In this document: positions 36,763 through 46,772 of the stretch, one piece after another
Layout of the letters: the number at the start of each line of letters is the position of its first letter
How positions within the stretch are numbered: the first letter of the stretch is position 1
IMG/VR virus record: IMGVR_UViG_3300037455_000543
Span: 347,136 to 411,135 of that record
Source of the DNA: a virus
Taxonomy: Duplodnaviria > Heunggongvirae > Uroviricota > Caudoviricetes
Length of the DNA: 64,000 nucleotides
Reading direction: 5' to 3' (one strand)
Notes under the pieces: model-generated
What the model was told of the DNA's origin: nothing
The model's input: only the letters and a program-made list of their open reading frames with translations
The model's database searches: none
Translations under genes and position numbers: made by a program

Positions 36763-37188
36763 ATGAAAACTCTTTATTTCAAGAATCCTGAATTTAATCC
36801 TGCTACTATTACAGTAGCTGCTGAACTTCGTAATCTTATTCAGACTTGGAGAAAGGAAAATAAGCTTCCTATTGACTTCAGAGTTCCAACTTTGAATATC
36901 TGGTATAAGGATGAGATTATTACTGCTGCTATTCGTGAAGGACGAACTGAAGCACAGAATATGACTCATCTTTGTGAACTTTGTCAGATTGACAGACTTG
37001 TAAGATATGATGATCAGGATATCGTATTCAAGATGAACAATCTTAAATTTGATTTTGCTAAACTTCAAGATTATGATGTTATTGTCTGGTCTGATTTAGG
37101 TGGAACAATGAAATACGGTAATATTCTTGATGATTCACAAAATCTTGTTAAAACAGCAAGTGAAAAACGATATTATGAGAGGTATTAA
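36763..37188 (+). CDS. hypothetical protein resembling the IleRS C-terminal domain
   Basis: AAELRNLIQTWRKENKLPIDFR. Confidence 0.6.
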   Translation: MKTLYFKNPEFNPATITVAAELRNLIQTWRKENKLPIDFRVPTLNIWYKDEIITAAIREGRTEAQNMTHLCELCQIDRLVRYDDQDIVFKMNNLKFDFAKLQDYDVIVWSDLGGTMKYGNILDDSQNLVKTASEKRYYERY

Positions 37189-37359
37189 TAATGGATTTGA
37201 TTTTCTTATTTGCCGCTATGCTTTTACCAATTATGATAATTTGTAAAGTATTTGAAGATAGTTATGACGAACGAGTAAATTCGAAAGAATTTTGCAATCG
37301 TAAGAAGCATGATTATTATATTAACAAATTTTTAAACTATACCCCATTGGATATTAAAA

Positions 37360-37782
37360 ATGACTAAAAGTGTTGAATTTCCTGAAGAACATCTCATTAA
37401 GACTTTCGATGAATTTGACCGTATCATCGAAATTGAATATCTTTTGTCAGGTAAGAAGTGCCAGATTGAATATACTGGCGCTTGTTGGGGCTGTAATGAT
37501 ATTAGACATATTACATGGTCTGATGGCTATGAATATATGACTAATGAAGAAATCTCTGTTCTTAATTCAGATGGAACGGGCGTTAAGAAAGGTTGGAAAT
37601 TAGTTGAAAAGAAAAATCCTAATTCTGAAGCAATTCTAATAATTGATTTCGATACTAATAACAAGATTGTTCGTATTGAAAAGTCATTACATGGAAAGAC
37701 AATCTTCAAGCGTGAAATTGGCGATTGGGGATTTGATGGTAGAATTAGAGCAGACGAAATGTATATCACAATGAGGAAGTAA
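37360..37782 (+). CDS. hypothetical protein
   Basis: 140 aa. Confidence 0.7.
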   Translation: MTKSVEFPEEHLIKTFDEFDRIIEIEYLLSGKKCQIEYTGACWGCNDIRHITWSDGYEYMTNEEISVLNSDGTGVKKGWKLVEKKNPNSEAILIIDFDTNNKIVRIEKSLHGKTIFKREIGDWGFDGRIRADEMYITMRK

Positions 37783-37947
37783 TATGACGCCAGAACTGTT
37801 ATTTTTTATCTGTTTTATTGGTATATTTTTAATTTATATCCTGCTTGGTCTTCGAGCACAGAATAAGAAAATCGAACAAATAAACAAGCGTGCTCTTTTA
37901 CAAGACATTGTTTTTGCATTTAAAACTTATAAACCAAAGAAATAATT

Positions 37948-38337
37948 ATGAACAAGAATATAATTCCGATACCTGAAGAATGGAGACGTCATCGTTTACT
38001 TAGCTTCGTATATTGGTTTTTCCATTATATTTTTGTAAACTACATTGCAATCAAGCATTATCATCGCATTTTCCCGTTTCATGATATTGAAAAACCCTGG
38101 AAGCTGCTTTTCGGAATGAAATATGAAAAAATGAACGAACAACATCTTAAATGTGCACATCATATAAAGGGAAAGGCTGATAATGAAGTAAACTGGATTG
38201 AAGCTATCTGCGACTGGGAAGCAAGTGGATATTCGAAACCGAAGTCGTTATTGAATGCATATGAAACTTGCAAGAAGTATCATCCAGATAAGTTGCATAT
38301 CGTTGAACCATTATTAAAGAAAGGTCACTTACTATGA
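37948..38337 (+). CDS. HD-like (DUF5662-type) protein
   Basis: FHDIEK, HxxxxHH, EAICDWE. Confidence 0.55.
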   Translation: MNKNIIPIPEEWRRHRLLSFVYWFFHYIFVNYIAIKHYHRIFPFHDIEKPWKLLFGMKYEKMNEQHLKCAHHIKGKADNEVNWIEAICDWEASGYSKPKSLLNAYETCKKYHPDKLHIVEPLLKKGHLL

Positions 38338-38657
38338 CGCCAGAAAAAATCCAAGATGTATTTTATACATTAGAAAAAATCATTACCGATAATTGGCCAG
38401 AAAATAAAGGCGATGCACCATATAAGTTTAATGAATATGGTGAAGAAAAAGATTGGCTGATTCGTTTTGATAATGTAAACTATATTACATATAGCGAAGA
38501 TGCTGACGTGTTCACGCTTGACCTTAATGCAACGTTCGAGGAAAGTGATGATTTCTGGGGTATTACTGATTATGAAGAAAAGGAAATTCCTGAACTTTAT
38601 AAGAAAGTAGAAGAATTGGTTAAATTCATTGCAAAAAGAACAGAAGAGGTCAAATAA
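38334..38657 (+). CDS. hypothetical protein
   Basis: ATGA coupling. Confidence 0.7.
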   Translation: MTPEKIQDVFYTLEKIITDNWPENKGDAPYKFNEYGEEKDWLIRFDNVNYITYSEDADVFTLDLNATFEESDDFWGITDYEEKEIPELYKKVEELVKFIAKRTEEVK

Positions 38658-38932
38658 TGCCAGCTGTATTATATGTTGAAAGAGAAGATGAGTCATTCAG
38701 TGTTCCGTTAGATGAAGTAGCTATTCTTAATGTAGATAATAGTAAGATTTATATTAAGATTAAGAATTGCACTAATAGTGTTTCTTGGAGTGACCATGAT
38801 AAAATTAAAAAAATTTATCTTATAACAGAAACAGAAATGAAATCTGTAAAACTTAATCAATTAGTTAAAGAAGCAGCTATGCTACAAGCTCATTATGTTA
38901 ATACTAAAGTAGATAGCTCATTACCGTTTTAG
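38657..38932 (+). CDS. hypothetical protein
   Basis: TAATG coupling; SD GAGG. Confidence 0.7.
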   Translation: MPAVLYVEREDESFSVPLDEVAILNVDNSKIYIKIKNCTNSVSWSDHDKIKKIYLITETEMKSVKLNQLVKEAAMLQAHYVNTKVDSSLPF

Positions 38933-38940
38933 GTTATAAA

Positions 38941-39315
38941 ATGAATTATAACGATTTAGAACAAGAAGAAGTTTTATGCTGGTATGACGGTCCCTTGATT
39001 GAAACTGTAAGGGATAAGGAAAATAATGTCTATATCGCATATAACAATATCCCAGACGAGCTTTTATCGTTGGTCAGTGAAGAACTACTCATTAAGATGA
39101 TTGAACACCAGATAACAGTTTATGATTGTTTTATGGCAGGTTCAAAAAAGTGGAAATGGGATAGGGATAAACTGGATTATGTTGAAATTTCAGAATTTGA
39201 CCCGGATGATTTATTAGATCAGGGCGTTTATTTTAATGAAATTTGCTATTTTGAATATGATAAAAATTATCTTGAAACATTAAAGGAGAAATTAAATGGT
39301 AGACAGAAATCTTAA
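38941..39315 (+). CDS. hypothetical protein
   Basis: WYDGPL motif. Confidence 0.7.
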   Translation: MNYNDLEQEEVLCWYDGPLIETVRDKENNVYIAYNNIPDELLSLVSEELLIKMIEHQITVYDCFMAGSKKWKWDRDKLDYVEISEFDPDDLLDQGVYFNEICYFEYDKNYLETLKEKLNGRQKS

Positions 39316-39502
39316 GACTGAATATGATAAATATGGTAATCGTATTCATTACGTGACAAAAGACAATATTCATCCAGATAAATATATGGAGGTATGGTGT
39401 AAATATATTTATCCGGAAGGTTATCCAGACGTTATTGGATATATTGACTGTAAAGTATATAAGATTAAATTTGATGATGACCATGTTCAGGAATGGGAAT
39501 AA
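39296..39502 (+). CDS. hypothetical protein
   Basis: SD AAGGAG. Confidence 0.6.
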   Translation: MVDRNLKTEYDKYGNRIHYVTKDNIHPDKYMEVWCKYIYPEGYPDVIGYIDCKVYKIKFDDDHVQEWE

Positions 39503-39821
39503 TGACAGAAGTACAGAAGGAAATTGACCGGTGGCATCATTTTGCTAATGGTGCCATTGGAAACAAGTATGCTTTGATGACTTTATTTGTTGCTACAGTA
39601 GCCCCAGAACTTAAAGAAGAAGTTCAGTGTAATATTGAAGATGAATTGGAAAGAGTAAAGAAAAAATGATAACATTATTTGCAATATGTGATATGATTAA
39701 AATGTTAGGTATAGCATTTTTCACTATTATTGCATTAGCCGGTTCACTAGGTCTAGGATATTGGCTAGGTTGTAAAGTGTATGATAAATTTTTTGCTAAC
39801 AAATAGAAAAAGGAAAATTAA

Positions 39822-40124
39822 ATGCAATTATTGACTATTTTATTGATAATCTGGATCTGCCTTTGCGGTCTTAGTTTTGTCGTAACTATCTTTTCAGAGG
39901 ACGGAAAGATTTCCACGGTTGTTGAGGCCGTCTTATGGTGTACATTATGTGCATGTGGTATCGCATACGGCGGAACATTTGCTTTTGTAATTGGCATTAT
40001 TCTTGCTTCGATGCTCGGCATTAACGTCTTGTATCAGGCTACATGTGATCCAAAACCGGTAATGGTAGTCCATTTGCCATTATGTATTTTGCTTATCATT
40101 GCGGTTTGCCAGTATACTTATTAA
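39822..40124 (+). CDS. membrane protein
   Basis: About four TM segments. Confidence 0.7.
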   Translation: MQLLTILLIIWICLCGLSFVVTIFSEDGKISTVVEAVLWCTLCACGIAYGGTFAFVIGIILASMLGINVLYQATCDPKPVMVVHLPLCILLIIAVCQYTY

Positions 40125-40133
40125 GGAATAAAA

Positions 40134-40460
40134 ATGATTAAGACAGATTTAACCATGCGTTATATGCCTAAAAAACTCCAGGCATTTAAGAAATATATCG
40201 AAGAATATATTTGCACTTATTTCGTAACATCTGAAGAGAATCATACAATTATCTTCTATACAGAGCATGAAGACCATTATGTTCCTTATGTCTTGCTCGT
40301 TTGCGATATGGACTCAGATTATGTCGAGATTTACGTAAATAAGACATATGACGATATTAGCAGTGAAGACGCGCAACCTGTAATAACGAATCTCATTTCT
40401 AATGACATGGTTAAATTCCTAGAAGCAATCAATAAGTGTATAAAAGAAAAGGCTGTGTAA
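40134..40460 (+). CDS. hypothetical protein
   Basis: SD AAGGA. Confidence 0.7.
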   Translation: MIKTDLTMRYMPKKLQAFKKYIEEYICTYFVTSEENHTIIFYTEHEDHYVPYVLLVCDMDSDYVEIYVNKTYDDISSEDAQPVITNLISNDMVKFLEAINKCIKEKAV

Positions 40461-40924
40461 TGAATATCAAAATAATAGATGGTGGTATGATAAGTATCAC
40501 ATTCGAAAACTGTGAATGCATTCGTATTATGGATAGGGCTATTGAACGTATGTGTTTTGATACGGATGGAGAACGTTATGAATATGATAATGAAACCGGC
40601 AAATTGAGAATTAGAAAGATATTAAAAAATTTCTATATTAAGCTTAATTTACGTGAAGAAGATTACTTTTTCCATACCTATAATCGAACTAAGCCAACTT
40701 TTAAAGAAGAAGGTAGTTCATGTATAGATCGATTACGATATTGTGATGATATTACATGTATAGAAATTAACGGTGAAAGTTTTTACGTTCCATTTGATGC
40801 GGAAAAAGTGATTTATGATAAAGAGTTACCTATTCCGTGTTATAAGAATAAATTGCAAAAGAACGAAGAAGGCAAGAACAGTTACGGCCACAATACTCTG
40901 ACAATTTCAATTAACTCAAAGTAA
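40460..40924 (+). CDS. hypothetical protein
   Basis: TAATG coupling. Confidence 0.7.
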   Translation: MNIKIIDGGMISITFENCECIRIMDRAIERMCFDTDGERYEYDNETGKLRIRKILKNFYIKLNLREEDYFFHTYNRTKPTFKEEGSSCIDRLRYCDDITCIEINGESFYVPFDAEKVIYDKELPIPCYKNKLQKNEEGKNSYGHNTLTISINSK

Positions 40925-40946
40925 CGATTAAAAATAAAAATTTCAG

Positions 40947-40992
40947 AAAAACACGTTAAATTTTGTTAACGTGTTTTTTATTTTACTATATT
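40947..40992 (+). terminator. terminator overlapping the promoter of the following non-coding region
   Basis: AAAAACACGTTAA/TTAACGTGTTTTT hairpin, then CTATATT at 40986. Confidence 0.75.
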
Positions 40993-40998
40993 TTGAAC

Positions 40999-41322
40999 CA
41001 CATATTAAAGTCTGATTCCTCGGAACGAAGACCAACTCAATGGAATTGTCGGTAGAGGGTTAGCCATTTTATATCTGGGTTCAAGGTATACTTGAACGGT
41101 TTTAGGCCGTTAAATGAATGAACAGTGACGTATAGATTAGCAACCTATACATATAGCCGCCATGGCTTGACATGATATAGCCGAAGTACAGGATGACCGC
41201 CTCGTAAGCATGTCAGTAAGTCCCAAGAGATTGACACCATGAAGCTTTATGCCAAAAGTGACCAATCGCCTAGTTCCTGCTAGGCTTAGATCTCTCCCAA
41301 TCGCATTATCCAAAAGAATGAT
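40999..41322 (+). ncRNA. candidate structured non-coding RNA, family unassigned
   Basis: Longest ORF-free + strand gap; directly after a promoter; more GC-rich than its flanks; multiple stems. Confidence 0.55.
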
Positions 41323-41325
41323 GTT

Positions 41326-41333
41326 TATAAATA
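41326..41333 (+). promoter_or_regulatory. T4-type late promoter TATAAATA
   Basis: Exact consensus 4 nt before the ATG at 41338. Confidence 0.45.
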
Positions 41334-41337
41334 TCAT

Positions 41338-41496
41338 ATGAAATGTCAAATTGCTTATTACGATATGTTCGGAAACATCAGTGTTTCAAAAGAAGTCTAT
41401 GTCGCTGATGATTGGTCAAAAGAAAAAATAAAAAACTGGTATGAGGAACATGTAAGTTATTGTAAAGAAGTAATAAACATAATGTTTGATAAGTAA
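41338..41496 (+). CDS. small hypothetical protein (52 aa)
   Basis: MKCQIAYYDMFGNISVSKEVY... Confidence 0.5.
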   Translation: MKCQIAYYDMFGNISVSKEVYVADDWSKEKIKNWYEEHVSYCKEVINIMFDK

Positions 41497-41535
41497 GGGT
41501 TGACATAAGTCAACCTTTTTTCTATACTTTATAAT

Positions 41536-41793
41536 ATGAAGTTTAGAATAATTAAAAAGACTTATTATTGCTATGATGGTAAAGCAATAGTTGATTATTA
41601 TCCACAAGAAAAAGGATTATTTTTCTGGCATGATTTCGAAGAATGGCATGGAACTTGCCCATTATCTGTTCGATTTGATACTTTAGAGCAAGCAGAAGGT
41701 TATATTTTAGCTTATATTAAAAATCATACTGAAGAAGGAAATTCAGAAGTAGTGGTTAAAGAATTTGAAGTAGATAATAAACTTTGGAATTAA
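41536..41793 (+). CDS. hypothetical protein
   Basis: Leaderless after a TTGACA stem-loop promoter. Confidence 0.7.
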   Translation: MKFRIIKKTYYCYDGKAIVDYYPQEKGLFFWHDFEEWHGTCPLSVRFDTLEQAEGYILAYIKNHTEEGNSEVVVKEFEVDNKLWN

Positions 41794-41805
41794 AAGGAAA
41801 GATAA

Positions 41806-42348
41806 ATGTTTACTTATATTAAAACTCAGTTTCAAAAATATTGGAATAATCCGTATCTTTATTATGACGTAGTTGACGCGGATGAAATGTCGTTTTTCGG
41901 AGTAGCTACATTGACATCAATGTTCATGATGGCAGCATTGATAACAATAGGTATTATTACTCTTACTGGTGGTATACCGATGCCCAACCTTGTTGGAATT
42001 TTAATGATTGTTAGCGGAGTAATATCAGGTACTTTCGGTATAATCTATGGAGTTACATCTTCTAAAGTTCAAGAAGATTGGCCAGATGAATTTGACCAAT
42101 ATAATCCGAATAATATAATGGTCATGGTTTCTGTAATAAATGAATCATTATTTTCTGGATTTTTATTTGTCATGCTGGTTATTTGTATCGTCAGTTGGTT
42201 CTTTACTACGGTTTTTTATTCATTTCCTATGTGGATAATTAAAATGATTACTAAACCTAAAAGACCTAAAAATGCAGACAAGAAAAATATTAAAAAGATA
42301 GTAGAACTTACAAGCCAGTTTACAAGATATAAAAAGGCTAGAATATAA
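41806..42348 (+). CDS. membrane protein
   Basis: Three TM segments. Confidence 0.75.
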   Translation: MFTYIKTQFQKYWNNPYLYYDVVDADEMSFFGVATLTSMFMMAALITIGIITLTGGIPMPNLVGILMIVSGVISGTFGIIYGVTSSKVQEDWPDEFDQYNPNNIMVMVSVINESLFSGFLFVMLVICIVSWFFTTVFYSFPMWIIKMITKPKRPKNADKKNIKKIVELTSQFTRYKKARI

Positions 42349-42407
42349 AATTTAAATTATTTTTACGTGGGTTGACAATTCAACCCATTTTTATTATATT
42401 TAATATT

Positions 42408-42953
42408 ATGAATATTCAATTACAAGGAAAGTTACCTGAAGAACTTCTTCAGAGTAAGGATATTAATTTACTCAGAAGTATACGTGAATGGGCTGATACT
42501 CAAGTTCAATCGTTAAAGAAAGAAAAAGAACAAAAAGAACTTGATAAATATAAGCCTGACATTGAAGGAAAGTTTATAAAGAAAATTCATAGATCTTGGA
42601 GAGGGTCAATTACTGTTCCTAATCCTAATAATTTTGAAATCGCCTATATCAAGAAAATCGATTTTGTAGGAAATGGATTTGTTCGTTGTAAGGCTATAGT
42701 TATCAATATCGAGTATAGCGGTATCGAACAGCAGATTGATAAAGGAGGGATATCAGCTAAAATGTTCGATGGTGTCCAGATTTCTTCATGGATTGATAAC
42801 CAGTATGATATTTCTTTTGAATATATCAAGAATCCTATGATTCTTGCACAGCAGGAAGCTGAAAAGGAAATTGACGACGCTATTTCATGTGCAAATTTAC
42901 AAAAGACCGTGTTTTGGTCAAATATAAATCAGGAAAATAATAAAGATGAGTGA
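42408..42953 (+). CDS. hypothetical protein
   Basis: Leaderless ATG after a TGGGTTGA/TCAACCCA stem-loop promoter. Confidence 0.75.
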   Translation: MNIQLQGKLPEELLQSKDINLLRSIREWADTQVQSLKKEKEQKELDKYKPDIEGKFIKKIHRSWRGSITVPNPNNFEIAYIKKIDFVGNGFVRCKAIVINIEYSGIEQQIDKGGISAKMFDGVQISSWIDNQYDISFEYIKNPMILAQQEAEKEIDDAISCANLQKTVFWSNINQENNKDE

Positions 42954-43416
42954 TCAGAAGTGGAATAGTTTGACTGATAACCAGATGCCATTAGGTAAAT
43001 GGGTTCTAGCTATTGTTAAATATGATAATGTAGATGAATTAACGGTTGAATATGTAAGAAGAGTCAGTAATGACGAGTATTCAGTTAAGTTTGATGGTTA
43101 TCATGTAAGACCTATTTCACAGATTAAATTCTGGAAAGACGAAGAATTACCTAAAGCCACCGCGATTGACAATGAACCGATGGCAACAAATAGAGAACTT
43201 GCTGAATGGCTTGCTAAAGGTAATGGCCAACTATTACGTGATAATATGGTATGGATATCATGGGCATACAGTCCGGAAAAAGATAATGTACCAGTATCAC
43301 AAGACATAAAAATCCGTTGGTTTAATACAGATGGATGGATTATAGCGACAAAGAAAAACATTTATACCATTCCAACTGTTCCACCAGTCATGTCTGGTAT
43401 TATAAAAAAAGATTAA
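42946..43416 (+). CDS. DUF551-like N-terminal domain protein
   Basis: WNSL...MP...VL...FW pattern. Confidence 0.6.
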   Translation: MSDQKWNSLTDNQMPLGKWVLAIVKYDNVDELTVEYVRRVSNDEYSVKFDGYHVRPISQIKFWKDEELPKATAIDNEPMATNRELAEWLAKGNGQLLRDNMVWISWAYSPEKDNVPVSQDIKIRWFNTDGWIIATKKNIYTIPTVPPVMSGIIKKD

Positions 43417-43417
43417 T

Positions 43418-43861
43418 ATGATTTTTACATTAAAAAGTTATAACGACCTTGGTAGATGTAGCTATGCTACATTGAAGGATATTTTCGATACTGATAAGGA
43501 TGAGATTTTTCTTGATTGTAAGAAAATAGAAATTAAGACAATCGAAGACTTATTCCCGTTTCTTTGGCAAAGTCCTGGAATAGCATTTAATTCTGGAGGT
43601 AAGTCCAAATCTTATTTTAATTCTACAGGAACACATTGGCATCATGATTATGATACATCTATTATAAACTGTAAAAATGAAATAAAGAAATTACAGGAGA
43701 AAATAGAAAAGAATCCTGAAAGTAAGTCAGTTGCGAGATGGACTGAAAATATCAAGTTTGAGAATGACCATATGACAAGTCTTATCAATATTCAAAAAAG
43801 ACTTGACAAAGAAATGGAAGAACAAAAGAAAGAACTAATTAAGGAAAACACAAAGGAATAA
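43418..43861 (+). CDS. hypothetical protein
   Basis: In operon. Confidence 0.7.
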   Translation: MIFTLKSYNDLGRCSYATLKDIFDTDKDEIFLDCKKIEIKTIEDLFPFLWQSPGIAFNSGGKSKSYFNSTGTHWHHDYDTSIINCKNEIKKLQEKIEKNPESKSVARWTENIKFENDHMTSLINIQKRLDKEMEEQKKELIKENTKE

Positions 43862-43864
43862 AAA

Positions 43865-44260
43865 ATGACATTATCAACATTAAGCTGGGTTGTATTAGCT
43901 GGAAGTGCTGCACATGGAATTACTTGTGTATGTGCAACATTTTCTGCACTATTATTAGTTGCATGTATAATCTTATTCATAGGCGGATATGATAGTAGCA
44001 CATCAGATAGTTCTGCTAAACAGTTAAAAGCTGGCGGGGTTCTTTCTGTTATTTTCGGTATTATTTTCGGCCTTGTTGCTGCATTTATTCCGTCTGAAAA
44101 AGCAATTTATATGGTAGCAGGTATTGAACTTGTTAATAAGTTTAGTCAGACAGAAGCAGCTAAGGAACTTGGTGAGAGTGGCATGAGTATTGTTAAAGAT
44201 ATTACTTATATTATTCATGATTATACGCGTGATTCTGATGATAGGGACCGCAGGAGATAA
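43865..44260 (+). CDS. membrane protein
   Basis: TM segments followed by FIPSEKAIY. Confidence 0.75.
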   Translation: MTLSTLSWVVLAGSAAHGITCVCATFSALLLVACIILFIGGYDSSTSDSSAKQLKAGGVLSVIFGIIFGLVAAFIPSEKAIYMVAGIELVNKFSQTEAAKELGESGMSIVKDITYIIHDYTRDSDDRDRRR

Positions 44261-44261
44261 A

Positions 44262-44480
44262 ATGATACCTAAAGAATGTTCTTTGGAATACCAAGCAAAG
44301 GAAGCACACTTCAAGCGAGTTCTAAATGACTGCTGTGTTATGAATAACTTGATGGAACGATTGAAATGCGAAAAGGAAATCCACTTGATTGACAGCGAGC
44401 TTGAAGTCATAATGAGTTTTAGTCCGCTTTTCAATGACTTGCATATTGATGTTGAAGACGGCATATTGAGGAGAGCATAA
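44262..44480 (+). CDS. hypothetical protein
   Basis: SD AGGAG. Confidence 0.6.
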   Translation: MIPKECSLEYQAKEAHFKRVLNDCCVMNNLMERLKCEKEIHLIDSELEVIMSFSPLFNDLHIDVEDGILRRA

Positions 44481-44481
44481 T

Positions 44482-44670
44482 ATGAAGCATGAAGAATTAT
44501 TTGTTCTCTATGATCGATTACCTAACGGTATTTGGGAACCTATTGACTGTAAGTATAAGTCTCAATTGTCAGAAAGAATGCAGCAGTATTACAAGGCAAC
44601 AGAATTAGCATTTGCCAAAGAACATAACGAGCGTATTAAACCATTGCTCATTAGTAAAAATAAAGCATAG
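44482..44670 (+). CDS. hypothetical protein
   Basis: SD GAGGAG. Confidence 0.6.
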   Translation: MKHEELFVLYDRLPNGIWEPIDCKYKSQLSERMQQYYKATELAFAKEHNERIKPLLISKNKA

Positions 44671-44679
44671 GATATAATC

Positions 44680-45243
44680 ATGAGTACAAGATGTCAGTTT
44701 ATTATATGGGAATATAATCCCGAATATGATGATTATTCAAGAAAGCTTAATTTTTATCATCATCATGATGGCTATCCATCATATATGGAAGAAGATATAA
44801 AGAAAGTTATCGAATCTGTTCCCGACTTCAAGATTGAAACATTAAAGAAAGCATTTCCTGAATATGATGATGAGTATGAACTTGAACGAATAAATAGTGA
44901 ACATAGTGATATTGAATATGTTTGGCATCTATTTATAAGCGATATAAAAGCTGAACTTAGATATGTAGATTTACGTGGCGCAGATACAGAGCAAGCTTTA
45001 TATGCACCGCATAAATGCAAGAACAAGTTTAAAAAGTCATGGATTAAATATCTTACTCCTGGATCAAATATAGAAGTCGAAGTTGATAATGAGACTTATA
45101 AGAAAGCAGTAGAAGAAGCACAAAAAGTAAATATGACAGTAGACGAATATTGCACAAGAATAGTAAATGAAGCATATAAGTCTGGTGAACTGGGAAAGAT
45201 ATTAAATAAGCTTATGGAGAAGAGACATGAAAATAATCTTTGA
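44680..45243 (+). CDS. conserved phage protein (MSTR...YxHxDGYP), possibly with a C-terminal ribbon-helix-helix
   Basis: MSTRC, FYHHHDGYP, HSDIEYVW motifs. Confidence 0.7.
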   Translation: MSTRCQFIIWEYNPEYDDYSRKLNFYHHHDGYPSYMEEDIKKVIESVPDFKIETLKKAFPEYDDEYELERINSEHSDIEYVWHLFISDIKAELRYVDLRGADTEQALYAPHKCKNKFKKSWIKYLTPGSNIEVEVDNETYKKAVEEAQKVNMTVDEYCTRIVNEAYKSGELGKILNKLMEKRHENNL

Positions 45244-45577
45244 AAACGGCATTGAAGTCGAATGCACAGTAGAAGAGTTCAAGGAACTCTATAATTCTGG
45301 TTATTTTAATAATAAACAGGAATCTATTACAAATGGCGATGATATCAGTTGGGACAAATTGATAAAGCAAATGCCAAAAATTCAGCCAGGATTAGATCCA
45401 TATAAACCAGATCCGTTTAGGGATAATGTAGTTTTAATGTACGGTTGTAACATTCCAAATGATAGTATTAGATATTTAGATAATACGCCTATCGCTGGAA
45501 CTTCTTCGGATTCTTTATCACCGTCACAGTTCAAAGCGCTTAATGATATTGTAGGCAATAATACTGATGAGCAATAA
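45227..45577 (+). CDS. hypothetical protein
   Basis: SD GGAG. Confidence 0.7.
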   Translation: MKIIFENGIEVECTVEEFKELYNSGYFNNKQESITNGDDISWDKLIKQMPKIQPGLDPYKPDPFRDNVVLMYGCNIPNDSIRYLDNTPIAGTSSDSLSPSQFKALNDIVGNNTDEQ

Positions 45578-46214
45578 AGCTAAATTTCCAATTTCTGATA
45601 TAGAAATGCAGGTACTTCTTAAGAAGTACCCGTTTCTTCGCTATCGTAATGTCTGGTCTGGAAAACAGACATTTCATGGGAAGTCACAAAATTTGGAAAC
45701 TAACTATTATAAATGTTTAGATGGTTCTGGATGGGAAGAACTTTGGAAAAAGAAGTATCTTCCTAGGCTTTTTAAAGAATATGATACCTGGTCCAAAACA
45801 GAAAAGAAAAATTTTATGTTTTTGGACGTTAAGGAAAAATTTGGTGAATTAAGGATATATACAACTCATTCTACTAACCTTGAATTCATCGCAGAAACGC
45901 TTTCTGGATGGACTTGTGAGTTCTGTGGTAAAACACCTAGGGAAGACGGAAAACGAGTCATATGGACCACTTCTGGATGGATAACGAACCTCTGTGAAGA
46001 TTGTGCAAGGAAGCAGATTAAAGCGAATTTCGATACTACGAAAATCGACGTAGAAAAGATGCTTGCAGAGATGAAGAATGTTCAAGAAAAGCCATTCGGA
46101 TATACAAGATACAGTAAAGATACTCAGACTACTGTTCTTTATAAGGAAACAGATGACGGCTGGCTTGAAAAGGACCAAGAAATAGAAGAACCAAGGATTA
46201 AAAATGAAACTTGA
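45567..46214 (+). CDS. conserved phage protein with zinc ribbon
   Basis: GSGW, VKEKFGELRIY, CEFCG...LCEDC. Confidence 0.75.
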   Translation: MSNKAKFPISDIEMQVLLKKYPFLRYRNVWSGKQTFHGKSQNLETNYYKCLDGSGWEELWKKKYLPRLFKEYDTWSKTEKKNFMFLDVKEKFGELRIYTTHSTNLEFIAETLSGWTCEFCGKTPREDGKRVIWTTSGWITNLCEDCARKQIKANFDTTKIDVEKMLAEMKNVQEKPFGYTRYSKDTQTTVLYKETDDGWLEKDQEIEEPRIKNET

Positions 46215-46419
46215 ATATAAAGATTGGCTAAAGATGCAAGAAAAGTATAAAGGCTCTAAATGTTTTGTAGCGGGATGCAATAAAGAGGCACTTTATGAAG
46301 GTGGTGATGCAAGATATTGGTGCGGAATGTGTGAAGAACATGCTGATATGAAGAAAAAGTACCAATGGTATCTTGAAGACGATAATTCAAAAGAACCTGT
46401 TATTGTAGGAACTTGGTAA
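46204..46419 (+). CDS. small zinc-binding protein
   Basis: CFVAGC...CGMCEEH. Confidence 0.65.
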   Translation: MKLEYKDWLKMQEKYKGSKCFVAGCNKEALYEGGDARYWCGMCEEHADMKKKYQWYLEDDNSKEPVIVGTW

Positions 46420-46485
46420 TTTAAAGGGTTTACAAAAACCCTTTTATTTTTTATATTGTTTAAAAATAACTTAAGGAATTATACA

Positions 46486-46767
46486 ATGAGAAATTTTACA
46501 GATGTTCTCCAGAAACTTATTACTCTGTCCAAGGATAATGAACTTACCGAACAGTTCAATAAAATCTATGAAGATACGACGATGACAGCGCCAGAAGCAC
46601 GATGGGAAATCAGAGGCCGTCAAGTATCTGATGCACTTTATAACTATTCCGTGTCTAACAGTAATGCTCTTGAAGACTGGTATGTTTCTCTTGTAGCCGA
46701 ATTTACACAGAAATCTACTAATGAATGCAAAAAGTTTATTGAATCTGTAAATAGAAGCAAAAAGTAA
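46486..46767 (+). CDS. hypothetical protein
   Basis: SD AAGGA; stem-loop promoter at 46424-46457. Confidence 0.7.
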   Translation: MRNFTDVLQKLITLSKDNELTEQFNKIYEDTTMTAPEARWEIRGRQVSDALYNYSVSNSNALEDWYVSLVAEFTQKSTNECKKFIESVNRSKK

Positions 46768-46772
46768 TATTT

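Noticed and set aside
40999-41322. Assigning the ncRNA candidate to RNase P, a group I intron or tmRNA
   Set aside because: AAGTCC and GGCTTA are only about 60 nt apart and other RNase P elements are missing. GATATAGCC and AATTGTCGG resemble group I S/P elements, but matching R/Q elements and an interrupted host gene are absent. There are no tRNA-like ends.
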